Positions 38,439 to 49,286 of a stretch of DNA of 64,000 nt are shown here, piece by piece; position 1 is the stretch's first letter; every line of letters begins with the position of its first letter. The position numbers and the translations under genes are program-made. A model generated the notes under the pieces. It saw only the letters and a program-made list of their open reading frames with translations, ran no database searches and was not told the DNA's origin. This DNA is from a virus. Location: IMG/VR virus record IMGVR_UViG_3300025012_000042, positions 48,821-112,820 of that record. One strand, given 5' to 3'.

Positions 38439-39371
38439 TTAAACAGAAGAAGAACTATTTTCTAGTTCTTCTTCGAATTTTATATAAGTAACTCTTTTTA
38501 ATTTTCCATAATCAAATTCATTGTGGAATTGCGATGTTATTATTAATCCATTATCAATATCAAATTTTATCCAAGAATGTCCAGTATTTAGATATTTTAT
38601 TGCGTATTTATAAATGTCAATAATTATTTCTTTGCTAGGAAGATTATCTTTTAAAGATATTATTCTTATTTCTTTCCAACCTTTATTATTTAATGCATAT
38701 GATCTTTTTATTTCTTTATTTTTAAATTCTTGCTCTGTTTGATATCCTCTTTGTACTAATAAATTATGACCTCCACCGTCATATTCTATGTAAATTTTAT
38801 CTTCTAAAAAAGCAATATCTAAAAAGAAATAAGACTGAAGATAATTTAATTCACCTCCAAGAACATTTGAAATATACTGTTGGCCACGACTTAAAGGAGC
38901 CGTACCATTTCGATATAAAGACATCAATCTCTTTTTATTAATTTCCTCAGTGTGTAAAAAATAACCTATCCCATTATATTTTTCTTCAAAAGTTTTACTT
39001 ATTTTATCACTTACTGATTTCAATTTAGTAGGAATATTCACTCCATAACGAAGCATATTACTTTCCTCCCTTTTTAAAACAATACAATCAACACAACAAT
39101 CTTTATGTATTATTCCATTTTTATTTTTATTGGAATAACTATCAAATGTTTGAGTATATTCTTTTCCACAATAATCACATATAAAATTAACTTGTATGTT
39201 ACTATACTCAGATAAGTCTAATACATCAACCATTATTTTTGCATCTTTTGGTATATGAAATCTATTTCGTTTATCTAATCTTCTAGGTATTTCATACCCT
39301 TTTTCTTCATAATATCTAATTGTTCTCCCTCTTAACCCTACCTCTACTTCTTGTGGTAATACTAACGCCAA
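38439..39371 (-). CDS. PD-(D/E)XK-type putative homing endonuclease (start revised to TTG 39371)
   Basis: CDYCG; FLDIA...YIEYDGGGH; GWKEIRI; RBS AAGGAGG; paralogue of 19827-21151. Confidence 0.7.
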   Translation of the reverse strand: MALVLPQEVEVGLRGRTIRYYEEKGYEIPRRLDKRNRFHIPKDAKIMVDVLDLSEYSNIQVNFICDYCGKEYTQTFDSYSNKNKNGIIHKDCCVDCIVLKREESNMLRYGVNIPTKLKSVSDKISKTFEEKYNGIGYFLHTEEINKKRLMSLYRNGTAPLSRGQQYISNVLGGELNYLQSYFFLDIAFLEDKIYIEYDGGGHNLLVQRGYQTEQEFKNKEIKRSYALNNKGWKEIRIISLKDNLPSKEIIIDIYKYAIKYLNTGHSWIKFDIDNGLIITSQFHNEFDYGKLKRVTYIKFEEELENSSSSV

Positions 39372-39393
39372 ACTAAATCCCTCCTTAAGATTA

Positions 39394-39484
39394 CCTCCCA
39401 TATAAATACAAACAATAAGAAAGCAAGCAGAAACACACTATGGGAGGAAAGTTAAATGTGTTTTCAGATATCATCTGCCTACTT
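39394..39484 (-). ncRNA. structured leader L4
   Basis: P1 AAGUAGGCAG/CUGCUUGCUU; loop CCUCCCAUA (39439-39447) complementary to UAUGGGAGG (39394-39402). Confidence 0.55.
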
Positions 39485-39559
39485 ACTAAAATAGACATAC
39501 AAAAGAAGAGGTTAAAATCACCTTTCCCTCTCACCTTTTATTCTTCTTTTAACACAAAA

Positions 39560-39592
39560 TAAAAAGACTCCAATTAATTTGAAGTCTTTTTT
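39560..39592 (-). terminator. terminator of the surface-protein moron
   Basis: AAAAGACT...AGTCTTTT inverted repeat. Confidence 0.55.
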
Positions 39593-39604
39593 CTAATCCT
39601 TATA

Positions 39605-40318
39605 TTAATCCCTTAATCCAACCAATCTTTGCATTAGCACAATCACATCTTTGATATTCAATTTATTGTCAGGAAAAATAGATGCCATATTCACCAAATT
39701 AATTTCATTCTCTTTTTTCAATCCAACTAAATACTGTAATCCTGCTACCGCATCTGAAATACCAACAACTGAATCATCTTTAATAATTTTTCCTCTTTGA
39801 AATTTTAAATTATCTTGTTCGGGCAATATAATTGAATTTGAATTTTTGTCTTTCAGATTAATGAATTTTACAGTAACATTAACTTGTGCATTTGATGAAT
39901 TACTAATTGACATTGGAATAAATACTAATTTTTGAACTGATAATGTTTCTGTATTTGAACCAGAAATTATTACTTTTCCAGAAACACTATCAATAGTTTG
40001 ACTGAATTGTTCAAAATTTGATTCATTTAAAACATCCAAAACCTCAATCTCAGTAGAACAAAAATCTAATTCAATATCATAATTAGAAAGTGAATTTTCT
40101 GGATCAATATTATCTAATCCAATATATAATCCTACGCCATTTTCATTACTCCCTTGTTCTATTGAAATTGATGGTTTAGATTGAACTTCTACATTAATGA
40201 TTTCAAATTGACTTTCAGTATCAGCTAATGCGTTATTAGTTATTAATAGCAGTATCATCATAGAAACTAATACAAACAATGATAATCTTCTCAACATCAT
40301 CACACTAATTATCAACAT
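39605..40318 (-). CDS. secreted cohesin-like plus dockerin-like protein
   Basis: Signal peptide; YDIELDF..LEV cohesin-like strands; duplicated ISDAVAGLQYLVGL / IKDVIVLMQRLVGL. Confidence 0.65.
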   Translation of the reverse strand: MLIISVMMLRRLSLFVLVSMMILLLITNNALADTESQFEIINVEVQSKPSISIEQGSNENGVGLYIGLDNIDPENSLSNYDIELDFCSTEIEVLDVLNESNFEQFSQTIDSVSGKVIISGSNTETLSVQKLVFIPMSISNSSNAQVNVTVKFINLKDKNSNSIILPEQDNLKFQRGKIIKDDSVVGISDAVAGLQYLVGLKKENEINLVNMASIFPDNKLNIKDVIVLMQRLVGLRD

Positions 40319-41117
40319 ATTTCAAATTTATCCATTTTGGATTAGTGAGAATATTTCCTTCCAAATCCTTCAAAGTATCCTTAATAATAATATGATATTT
40401 TTTAGATGTTAAATAAGAAGAATTGTTTTCTACTGTGAAAGATTTTTTATCATCAGATACAGTTATATTATAATCTGTAAGTTGTTTAAGATCATATGGA
40501 ACATTATTATTGCCAAAACCAAAATTTAACTGAGACTCGTACAATAAAATCGATTGTGTTGTAATTGTTGTTGGATCAACTTCTTCAGATAAAGAAATTT
40601 TTACAAAATCATCGCTTCTTTCAATAATTAATTCTTGGTCACTAAAATAACTATAATTAGATGGGAAAACATGGAATGTGAAATCTGTAAATGTTCTCTC
40701 TGTTGAAATTCCTGCAATGTCAGTGGCAATTATTTTATTCAAAGTCCAAGTACCAATATCACTGTCATTAAATAGTCTGGTGAACTTCCATCGAGAAAGA
40801 AGAAATTCGCTTGATGGATTGATTATTTCGTTTCCATTTGGTGTACTGAATTCAAGTGAAACACTTTCCACAGGTGACATACTATTATAGTCAACCCACA
40901 CTTGCATTTCAAACGATTCTCCAGATTTTGCAAAAGAATCTATTCCCCTTCCTAGAAATGAACCACTTCCACTTGTAATCGTTGGAGCGTTTCTATCACT
41001 ATTCGGTATCACAAGAACTTCTATTATAGAAAAATTTAAAGTTTCCTCTCCATGTACCAATGGAGCACTTGAAAATAAAAATAGGAACATTGTTAGCAAA
41101 GTCATTACTTTTCTCAT
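40305..41117 (-). CDS. secreted Ig-like (Big_5/SbsA-type) protein
   Basis: Signal peptide; ISLSEEVDPTTI...Y.I.I...LKDLEGN. Confidence 0.65.
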   Translation of the reverse strand: MRKVMTLLTMFLFLFSSAPLVHGEETLNFSIIEVLVIPNSDRNAPTITSGSGSFLGRGIDSFAKSGESFEMQVWVDYNSMSPVESVSLEFSTPNGNEIINPSSEFLLSRWKFTRLFNDSDIGTWTLNKIIATDIAGISTERTFTDFTFHVFPSNYSYFSDQELIIERSDDFVKISLSEEVDPTTITTQSILLYESQLNFGFGNNNVPYDLKQLTDYNITVSDDKKSFTVENNSSYLTSKKYHIIIKDTLKDLEGNILTNPKWINLKYVDN

Positions 41118-41159
41118 TGTATTTTCCTCCTCTTACTATTTTTGTCTTATCTAATAATT

Positions 41160-41188
41160 AGTATATAGCAATAAAGGAGGATTTACAA
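41160..41188 (-). promoter_or_regulatory. SigA-type promoter of the moron
   Basis: TTGTAA-17-TATACT. Confidence 0.55.
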
Positions 41189-41232
41189 TGAAAAATAATG
41201 ATTTATTTAGTAATGTTATGTTGAAAGTTACT

Positions 41233-41367
41233 TTATTTTTCTAAAATTAACAAAACAACCTCTCTCAAATTATCCAACTTAGGGATATCTTCTTTTGAAT
41301 ATTTATTATTTTTATTTTTAATTAAATTAATCCAAATTTTTACTAAACCACTTTCACTGTTAAACAT
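41233..41367 (-). CDS. 44-aa XkdX-like tail-associated protein
   Basis: TAATG coupling; MFNSESGLVKIWINLIK...IPKLDNLREVV. Confidence 0.6.
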   Translation of the reverse strand: MFNSESGLVKIWINLIKNKNNKYSKEDIPKLDNLREVVLLILEK

Positions 41368-41774
41368 TATAAAATTCCTCCAGTTATATTAGAAAATGAT
41401 ATACTTAATTCAGCAATGGCATTCTGTGTTTCAATATTTTGTTGCTCTTGCCGTGCTGAAATAATTGACATTTCAGCAATTGCTGAATACAAGGATGCGT
41501 TTTCTTGTTCGAGTTTTTCAATTTTCTTTTGTAAAGACGTTTTAATTTTCTTGCTTTTTAATTCCTCGTCTGTCATTTTTATAATTGTGTTATTAATTAT
41601 TTTATAATGATTAATATTCCCATTTGGAACATCTTCATCATTAATATAAATTCCTGACAGTCTTTCAAGGGCAGAAGAATTATTTTGATAAATGTTTTCA
41701 ATTTTTTGGTCTCCCGAAAACTTGGCTTGAATTTGTCTCGTTGATTTTTCATAAATTATTAGCACTAATTTCAC
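41367..41774 (-). CDS. XkdW-like tail-fibre chaperone-type protein
   Basis: C-terminal coiled coil with AIAE motifs; follows the large tail protein. Confidence 0.55.
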   Translation of the reverse strand: MKLVLIIYEKSTRQIQAKFSGDQKIENIYQNNSSALERLSGIYINDEDVPNGNINHYKIINNTIIKMTDEELKSKKIKTSLQKKIEKLEQENASLYSAIAEMSIISARQEQQNIETQNAIAELSISFSNITGGIL

Positions 41775-41778
41775 CTCT

Positions 41779-44700
41779 CTATAAAACAGTTATAAGCAAA
41801 AATTCTATACCTTGATAGTAATACCCTTCAAACGATTCATATGCTGTACAATAACCTCTCACTTGGACTTTAGCCAAACTTACATCAGTAGATACTATTG
41901 TTAAAGTTGTGTAAGAATAAGCAGCATCTACCCCCAAAGGGAGTTGCATAGCAGTAGTAGATAAAAAGCATTTAAAGGCTTTATTTCTAAACCTAACTGG
42001 TAGGTCGATATATAATCCATTTTCCCAAACTAATTTTGCTGCAGCTTCTTCAGCGTCCGTCCAATCTAGATCAACCCATGCAACACCTAACCCTATAGTT
42101 GAGCCGGATATTATATGGGTTTCATATTGATAAGGAATTGTTTCACCATCCACTAATCTCTCTAACCCATTTGCAGTTAATTGTGTATGACCACCTCCTG
42201 CTGAATCAGAATGACTTGCTCTTATACCATACAGCCCAGTTGCAAATTCGCCCATATTAACAACTTCTGTAGAAGTTCCATTCTTAACCTGAATACCATT
42301 TTGAGTAATATATGTGCTATTATAACTAGTATCAGGTTGAAGAGAATTACCTGCTTGATCTTTCACGGTTGAGGCAGATACTCCATCAATAGTGCCAGTT
42401 ACATCTCCACCAAAAGCAACAGTAGATGAAGGTTGGTAAGGATTTTCTCCTTCATAAACAGATTTAATAATAGAAGAAGATAAAAATCCAGATACATTAA
42501 TATCTTGATCGACTATTCTATATGCTTTAATACCAAAAGTATAATATTTATTTGATGGAATTCCATGTAAAATAAATGCTCTTTTTTCAGGTGTTACATA
42601 AAATACTTGTTCGCTTGCAACAGTTGTTCCAAATGTATAAGAAAAGTTTACATCTGATTGATAAACATAAACAATAAACCCATCAATATCGTAGGCATCA
42701 CCTGTACCAGTAAAATCCCATTCAAAACTAATATTTGCCGAACCATCTGTATTAATAGTATGATCTATTGATGTTCCATCGTTTGCAATTATAGGGTTAG
42801 CAGGTGTTGTTGACTTTCTATCATTTCTACCATCAAAATTTATAGTTGCAGTTTGAACAGTTTCGGCAGTTTGTGTACCAACATTATCAGTATTTATTGC
42901 ATTTCCACCTTGAGAATCAGATGTGGCAAAATTAAATTCTACATTTCCTGATGGAAGAGTATTGTTTAAGCCACTAAATTTATTCCATGCTTGATTTGCT
43001 ACTGTATCGTCAGTATATCTTACTTTTAAAACCCAATTACTTTCTAAATATGAAGTATTGTTAGAATTTGATGTTAAAATCTCACCTTGTGAGTATAATG
43101 AATGGACAATATCACTTTCTAATATCCATAAATCATCTTTCTGATAACTTGTAGGTTTTAAAGTGTATATAGTCTTTTTACCATCAATAGTGTCAAAAAT
43201 GTCTTTAGGTATTTCTTGTTGTGACCACTTATAATCAAAATTACTTCCATTCACAGTTTTAGTATAAATATAAGTCTTTTTAATAGTTGGAGTAGAATCA
43301 TACCATAAGTCAGTTACAAATTTATTATAATCACTGTTATCGGGGACATTGACATATTCAGGATGTGGCATTATGGTTTGATAAAATGTATCTGCTTTCC
43401 CATCAATCAGACCTTCAAGAGTAGTTTTATCAGTAGGATAAATTACATTAACAAATTCGTTCGTACTAATCTCTTCGTTAGTTGCTATTCTTATCGATAC
43501 CCTATCAAAGATAATGTCTTTTGTTGCTGTTGTATCAATAGAGTAACTATTTGCCATTACATATCCAGTCATTCCAGTCCATCCACTTAAATTATCATGT
43601 GGTCTAGTGACTAAAGTTCTAACAGTATACCATTTCCCTAAAGTTGGACTTAAAACATAGTCTGATAATTTAATAGTTGCATGATACGGCGTTGACATAC
43701 CTATCCAGTTAATTAAAATTCCTGCACCTGTCAAAGCACCACTAACCAACATAAAATCAATTTCAATAACTAAATATTTGTGATTGGCTATATTAGAAAC
43801 ATAGGCTGAAGAATCCATAGCCATTCCAGCTTGCGCAGTACCTATATTCCAACGACAGGCATAACTTCCATTAATTTTAAGAGTTGTTTCTCTTGTTGGG
43901 CCAGAATAAGAACTCCATGCACTAAATCCAACAGGATAATTACTAGATGCAAGCCAATTAGAAAAATTAGGATTAGTGCTTAGTAATCCAACTGTATCAT
44001 TAAGTATAGATGACGTTGCTGAACTTGAATTTAAACTAAAAGATGTTGAAACATTATTCCATTTGTCTCTAACTTTTAATTTATAAGTATAAGTTGTAGG
44101 AATGTCTACAGGAGGATCATAATCAATAAAATAACCTTGCGAAGCACCACTTCCTGCTACAGATGCTATTTTTGTTGCTGAACCATCACTCCAAGTTGAA
44201 CCCGAACATCTCCATATTTCATAGATTAAACCTTGTTCTGATATTTCAGTCCATGTAACCTTTATGGCTCCAAATTGACTAGTGGTAGTCGGGTTAGGAG
44301 GAGTAGGGGCTGTATTATCTACAGCAATACTATTTTGAGCAGAAGTTAAACTACTTTCCATTCCACTATAATCTATAGCCGAAACTTTATAATAATATAT
44401 TTGGGCAGGTTTTAAATATGGATCAGTATATTGACGCGAGGTTGTTTCAGCAATTACATAATAATTTATATTATTCAAACTACGATAAATTCTATATTTT
44501 TCTACATCTGTAGATGTACTCGCTGTCCAAGAAATTGTTATTCTTCCATCATAATCTGGAGTCAATGTTAAATTTGTTGGAGTATTAGGGACAAAAGCAT
44601 CAGCAGGTTTATAAATATTAGTATTAGGAGCAGAAGATATGGTATATAAACTTGACAAACCAATAATATCTACTGCTTTTACTCTATATCTATAATTAGC

Positions 44701-47700
44701 TAAAGTTGTGGTAGATGCAGAAATATTATATTCTGTGTAATTGTTTGTATTTATATTAAATATTGTTGGATAAGTAGAACCACTATCTGTAGATTTTTCT
44801 AGTATATAGCCTACCACATCATTACTAGAACTTTTATCCCAAGTAATATCTATACGCCCTAACCTTGCAATAGCAGAAATACTTATTGGAGCAGAAGGAA
44901 TATTAGTATTGTTGGCAGTACATGATTTCCATTCTAATTCTGGTAACTCGGATTCATTTCCGACTTTATTATAAGCAGAAACATAATACCAATAAGATAC
45001 TTGATGCTGTACAGTTTTGTCTATAAATGATAATATATCTTGAGTTGCGGTTCCTACAATAAACTTATCTGTACCTGTTGCAGAAGTTGCTCTCCAAATG
45101 TAATAACCTGCAATTCCTGAACCATTATCAGTAAAGCCACTCCAACTTATAGTTATTGTCCCATCTGCATTTGCTACTGGAATTCCTACTGTACCAACCG
45201 TAGGGATTGTAGTATTCATTACATTTAATAAGTTTTTCTTTGCTGTATAATAATTTGAAAAATTAGTTCTAAAAGTTTCTCCATTAATATCGGAAGTAGC
45301 AGTTAAACTAAACAATAAAGCAGTAGTATTAGGAGAAATTATAGATGTATTGAGATAAGCATCTAAATCATTATATTTTTCATCATATATCGTATAAACG
45401 TCTTCCATAAGAATTCCATAAGTATTAGCTTGATTATCTAATATTGATTTTTCTGCTACAATTGCATCCCACTGTAATTTAACTGATTGTTTTTCTGAAG
45501 CTGATAATTTAGAATCACTAGAAATATCTTCTAGTGATTGACCAACACTTGTATTTGTCCAATCGGTCAGTAAATAAGTCTCTCCACTTATTTTTGAGGT
45601 AGTACATTTTTTTAAAACACCACCCGTATCCCATAAATCCCCTTCATCATAAGGTGGGGTAGGATAATCAGGATCTTGTTGATAAAATACCCTACGTTTG
45701 TGATCTGTCGCTATATCATATGCTTCATTTGCTTTTTGCAATGCTTCTGTAATTGCACTATCAGTAATTAAACTCCAAGAATATAAATTTACATTATAAA
45801 TAAACCTATATCCATATCCTGTTAAATTATTATAGAATACATCACCTAAATGATTATCTCTTTGAGCAGTTGTATTCCAATCGCTTGAAGGAACATTATA
45901 TATAATTACTTGATTAGCAGTTAATTCTACACCGATTGCTTCTGTTAGTGTAATAGTTTTGTTTACACTATCTACACCATCAGTAGCAATTATTTTTGTT
46001 ACTATTAATATATCTGTAGTTTCGGTTTTACCATAAAAACTAATAGACATTCCATCTGATAAACCAAGTACATTATCTAGATGAATTATTGTGTCTGAAG
46101 TTAATGTGGTTGTTGTAACTGTTGCATAAATTGGAGTATAGTCATAAAACCAAGTTGAAACGCTGCCATCTATTAAACCAAGAAGATAATCGTAATCTGT
46201 ATTACGTGTAGCAATTGTAGAAAAGGTATTGTCTGCGTATATTTTTGCTGAGTCAATGGCATTTTGTTCTGCTGAATTCCAGTTGGAAGTTGAAGTTTGG
46301 TTAATTTGGGATTCTGGAAGACCTTCAACAATTTCCAACGAACCTCCTTTAATTCTAATTCCTCTTTTTTCAGTTTCTCCATCCATATATTTTCCAATTT
46401 CAACGACTGGATTTTCAGTACCATCATATACATCAATACCATCGAAAAGCCCCGAATTGGCGATCACAGTTTTACCCCACAAAACACTAGCATTAACACC
46501 GTCTGGAGTAATTCCAGTGCTGGCAGTTTGCCAACCATCTTTAGTTAGGGCAATAATGTTATTTATAATTCTTAATTGTTCTGGAGAAACTATACCATTA
46601 TCGTCTATTTCTTTTAACCAGATTCCTCTTTTATCAATTATTTGAGATTGATTTTTTGAAGCTAGTATCTTTTTTAATGTGGCATCAATATTTTCATTTC
46701 TAAGTTCAGTTATTACACTTGGGTTTACTTTATTATCCCAATCTACTTTATTCATACTTAAAGTCGTTGAAGAAGTTATGGCATTACTAATTAAATCTTT
46801 GAAATAAATATTAGGATCATCAATAGAATCTTTATTACTAAAAGATAGCACTAGAGAATTATCTTTTGGTTTATACGTATACCCTATTAATCTGACCCAA
46901 ATATCAATTTCAAATTTAGAAAATTCTACGTTTACGATATCTCCTAATACAAGCTTACTCCAATCATGTTGACATTCTACAATCTGTAAAAAATCAATTA
47001 TTTCAATGTCAAATATTAATGGAGGGGTACATAATTTCAATAATTTTTTCTTACCTTCTTCTAATAATTCACTCGAATCTGTATAATTAGAATCATGCCA
47101 TGTAGTCTCCTTAATAAAATTATCAAATTCTTCAACTAAAGCTTCTGTATTAATATAATTAGAAATATCAATACTATTTCTATAATTTATAATTTCATTA
47201 TTTTTATTGTTTATCTCACTTTGTTTTGAATCAACTAATTGCTGTTTTGACGAAACTAGAATTTCAGCATTATCCAAATCAATATTTAGTTGTGTTAAAC
47301 TTTGGTTCGTGGATATTGCCATATCTACAGCATCCTGTGCAATTTCTAAAACACCTTCTGCATCAATTAAATCATTATCGAGTGCTGTATATTCGATTTG
47401 AATGATATTTAATTGTGATAATAAAATACTATAATTTATATTTATTTGTTCCCAAATTGTTCCATCCCAACGCCAATATCCATTATTATCAGGATTAACA
47501 TCAGAAGTTATTTGATATGTATCTCCAATAGTTAAACCAGAAGATGGCAGGGATGCATAATTTAATATAGCACTTTTCCAAGTAGTGAGTATTTCTAAAC
47601 TACTCAAATATTCTTCATATGCATTTAAACTATTAATCAGGTCTTGCGACATATAATCTGTATCTTTATAAAAGGTATAGTTTTCAATATACGGAGCACC

Positions 47701-48438
47701 AGTTGGATTAATATCGCTAATACTAATATCATTTCCAAAGCAATATAATCTTGTTCTAATCTCATCGTTTTTTATTTGCTTATTGATGCTTTTTATATAG
47801 TTTTCTTCAGATATATATAAACCTTTATTTCCTTGAAGTTGATCTAATGTTTTTACTGATATAGTTTTAGTTTTTGTATCAAAAAGGAAAATACATCCAA
47901 AAGCAGGTTGAACATCATTGATTAAAAAATCAAATAAAGTTTTTTCACTTATATCAAATGAACGATATATTGTGTGCGAATTTACAAAATCTAAAAATGA
48001 TTGTGCGTCTAGTTTCCAACTAGTTAATGTCTTTATATAATTCATTACACCTAATTGGTAACCCTCTTCGTCTAAATCATTAGACAGTGTGTATAACTTA
48101 CGAGAAACAAAATTATAACTTCTAATGATTTTTTTATTTAGCATATATTCTAAAGAGTAACAATGGATATTTTTAATTTCTATTCCGTCACCAATTTCTT
48201 CAGGACTATCAATGATGAAATATTTCTCATCATTTAGTAGTACTAAATAGTCTCCTTTAATTAAATCATAATAATTTTCACCATAATTTATATTAAAGCT
48301 TAATTCGTCAGTTGTTGGAAATCTAGCATCATAAGTTATATCTTCATAATTTATAACCCCTATTTGAGTTTTATCAGGTTTGCATAATATTAATTCATAT
48401 TCTATGGGTTCTAAACTTCGGTCAATATCTCCAAGCAT
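41779..48438 (-). CDS. large tail spike/Tal-like protein (prophage tail endopeptidase N-terminus, FN3 repeats, CBM-like domain)
   Basis: Follows Dit; TRLYCFG...INPTG..YIENY; repeated ISW..S...Y.IYR...YYYKVSA FN3 motifs. Confidence 0.8.
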   Translation of the reverse strand: MLGDIDRSLEPIEYELILCKPDKTQIGVINYEDITYDARFPTTDELSFNINYGENYYDLIKGDYLVLLNDEKYFIIDSPEEIGDGIEIKNIHCYSLEYMLNKKIIRSYNFVSRKLYTLSNDLDEEGYQLGVMNYIKTLTSWKLDAQSFLDFVNSHTIYRSFDISEKTLFDFLINDVQPAFGCIFLFDTKTKTISVKTLDQLQGNKGLYISEENYIKSINKQIKNDEIRTRLYCFGNDISISDINPTGAPYIENYTFYKDTDYMSQDLINSLNAYEEYLSSLEILTTWKSAILNYASLPSSGLTIGDTYQITSDVNPDNNGYWRWDGTIWEQININYSILLSQLNIIQIEYTALDNDLIDAEGVLEIAQDAVDMAISTNQSLTQLNIDLDNAEILVSSKQQLVDSKQSEINNKNNEIINYRNSIDISNYINTEALVEEFDNFIKETTWHDSNYTDSSELLEEGKKKLLKLCTPPLIFDIEIIDFLQIVECQHDWSKLVLGDIVNVEFSKFEIDIWVRLIGYTYKPKDNSLVLSFSNKDSIDDPNIYFKDLISNAITSSTTLSMNKVDWDNKVNPSVITELRNENIDATLKKILASKNQSQIIDKRGIWLKEIDDNGIVSPEQLRIINNIIALTKDGWQTASTGITPDGVNASVLWGKTVIANSGLFDGIDVYDGTENPVVEIGKYMDGETEKRGIRIKGGSLEIVEGLPESQINQTSTSNWNSAEQNAIDSAKIYADNTFSTIATRNTDYDYLLGLIDGSVSTWFYDYTPIYATVTTTTLTSDTIIHLDNVLGLSDGMSISFYGKTETTDILIVTKIIATDGVDSVNKTITLTEAIGVELTANQVIIYNVPSSDWNTTAQRDNHLGDVFYNNLTGYGYRFIYNVNLYSWSLITDSAITEALQKANEAYDIATDHKRRVFYQQDPDYPTPPYDEGDLWDTGGVLKKCTTSKISGETYLLTDWTNTSVGQSLEDISSDSKLSASEKQSVKLQWDAIVAEKSILDNQANTYGILMEDVYTIYDEKYNDLDAYLNTSIISPNTTALLFSLTATSDINGETFRTNFSNYYTAKKNLLNVMNTTIPTVGTVGIPVANADGTITISWSGFTDNGSGIAGYYIWRATSATGTDKFIVGTATQDILSFIDKTVQHQVSYWYYVSAYNKVGNESELPELEWKSCTANNTNIPSAPISISAIARLGRIDITWDKSSSNDVVGYILEKSTDSGSTYPTIFNINTNNYTEYNISASTTTLANYRYRVKAVDIIGLSSLYTISSAPNTNIYKPADAFVPNTPTNLTLTPDYDGRITISWTASTSTDVEKYRIYRSLNNINYYVIAETTSRQYTDPYLKPAQIYYYKVSAIDYSGMESSLTSAQNSIAVDNTAPTPPNPTTTSQFGAIKVTWTEISEQGLIYEIWRCSGSTWSDGSATKIASVAGSGASQGYFIDYDPPVDIPTTYTYKLKVRDKWNNVSTSFSLNSSSATSSILNDTVGLLSTNPNFSNWLASSNYPVGFSAWSSYSGPTRETTLKINGSYACRWNIGTAQAGMAMDSSAYVSNIANHKYLVIEIDFMLVSGALTGAGILINWIGMSTPYHATIKLSDYVLSPTLGKWYTVRTLVTRPHDNLSGWTGMTGYVMANSYSIDTTATKDIIFDRVSIRIATNEEISTNEFVNVIYPTDKTTLEGLIDGKADTFYQTIMPHPEYVNVPDNSDYNKFVTDLWYDSTPTIKKTYIYTKTVNGSNFDYKWSQQEIPKDIFDTIDGKKTIYTLKPTSYQKDDLWILESDIVHSLYSQGEILTSNSNNTSYLESNWVLKVRYTDDTVANQAWNKFSGLNNTLPSGNVEFNFATSDSQGGNAINTDNVGTQTAETVQTATINFDGRNDRKSTTPANPIIANDGTSIDHTINTDGSANISFEWDFTGTGDAYDIDGFIVYVYQSDVNFSYTFGTTVASEQVFYVTPEKRAFILHGIPSNKYYTFGIKAYRIVDQDINVSGFLSSSIIKSVYEGENPYQPSSTVAFGGDVTGTIDGVSASTVKDQAGNSLQPDTSYNSTYITQNGIQVKNGTSTEVVNMGEFATGLYGIRASHSDSAGGGHTQLTANGLERLVDGETIPYQYETHIISGSTIGLGVAWVDLDWTDAEEAAAKLVWENGLYIDLPVRFRNKAFKCFLSTTAMQLPLGVDAAYSYTTLTIVSTDVSLAKVQVRGYCTAYESFEGYYYQGIEFLLITVL

Positions 48439-48455
48439 TAATTAATCTCCCCTTT

Positions 48456-49229
48456 TTATGCCCACAATGGGAATTTATATCTAAAAGATAATAAACATTT
48501 TCCAGTAACTTCAATTCTATTTGCTCCATAAACAAATCTAAACCACTTTTTATTAAAATTGCCTATTCTATATAATCCTATGTCGCTTATTATTTGTTTT
48601 CGTTCATTATTTGTATAAATTTTTTCTCCTACTATCAAGTCAGTAAATTCAAATATTTCTCCTCCATTGCTCAGATTTGTTAAGGTCAATCCTGTATCTG
48701 TTCCACTTAATGTAAACTCAATTTCAGGATAAAGGTATTTAACTGCATTAGAATAATTATATATTGTTATAGTGGTTGGAAGAGTTGATGCACTTAAATC
48801 GAAATTGTTTTGATATACTGAAGAATAGCCCCATGGAGCGTCACAACGAAATTTTATACTTATATATCCTTTGAATGAACCAAAAGTTATAAGATCAATT
48901 TTATCAGTAGAAATTACATTATATATAAGGTCTGGATTATCTTCTGATATGAATTGCTTATATTCTTCATGAATTAACCACTTGCTTAGTTGCATTTTCT
49001 TTTCTGGCGTGAACTCTTCATCTAATAGAGAGCAGATTATTTCAAATTCTAATGGTTCTTTTTCAACTCTATATAATGCAGGTATGTGATTTTTGTATTT
49101 TTTCTCTTCAATAATATTTTGTGCAGGAGCGAATGGGGAGGAATTTTCACTTGATCCTCCTATACGAACTATGTATAATCCCATGTCCTGACTAGATATA
49201 TTGTCAAATATGAATGACATATTTATCAA
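48456..49229 (-). CDS. distal tail protein (Dit)
   Basis: F.FDNISSQDMGL, FRCDAPWGYS, G.N.I; directly after the tape measure gene. Confidence 0.8.
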   Translation of the reverse strand: MINMSFIFDNISSQDMGLYIVRIGGSSENSSPFAPAQNIIEEKKYKNHIPALYRVEKEPLEFEIICSLLDEEFTPEKKMQLSKWLIHEEYKQFISEDNPDLIYNVISTDKIDLITFGSFKGYISIKFRCDAPWGYSSVYQNNFDLSASTLPTTITIYNYSNAVKYLYPEIEFTLSGTDTGLTLTNLSNGGEIFEFTDLIVGEKIYTNNERKQIISDIGLYRIGNFNKKWFRFVYGANRIEVTGKCLLSFRYKFPLWA

Positions 49230-49286
49230 TTATTTTCACCTCCGATATAAAGAGGTATATTACACACATACACCTCTTTATATTTT

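Noticed and set aside
21436-41240. TAAAA-N6-TTTTA intergenic palindromes (about 21436 and 27984; weaker at 29995 and 41222)
   Set aside because: Expected by chance at this AT content; only two good copies
41233-41367. Apparent frameshift in the A-rich part of the XkdX-like gene
   Set aside because: Codon-by-codon reading shows an intact 44-aa frame
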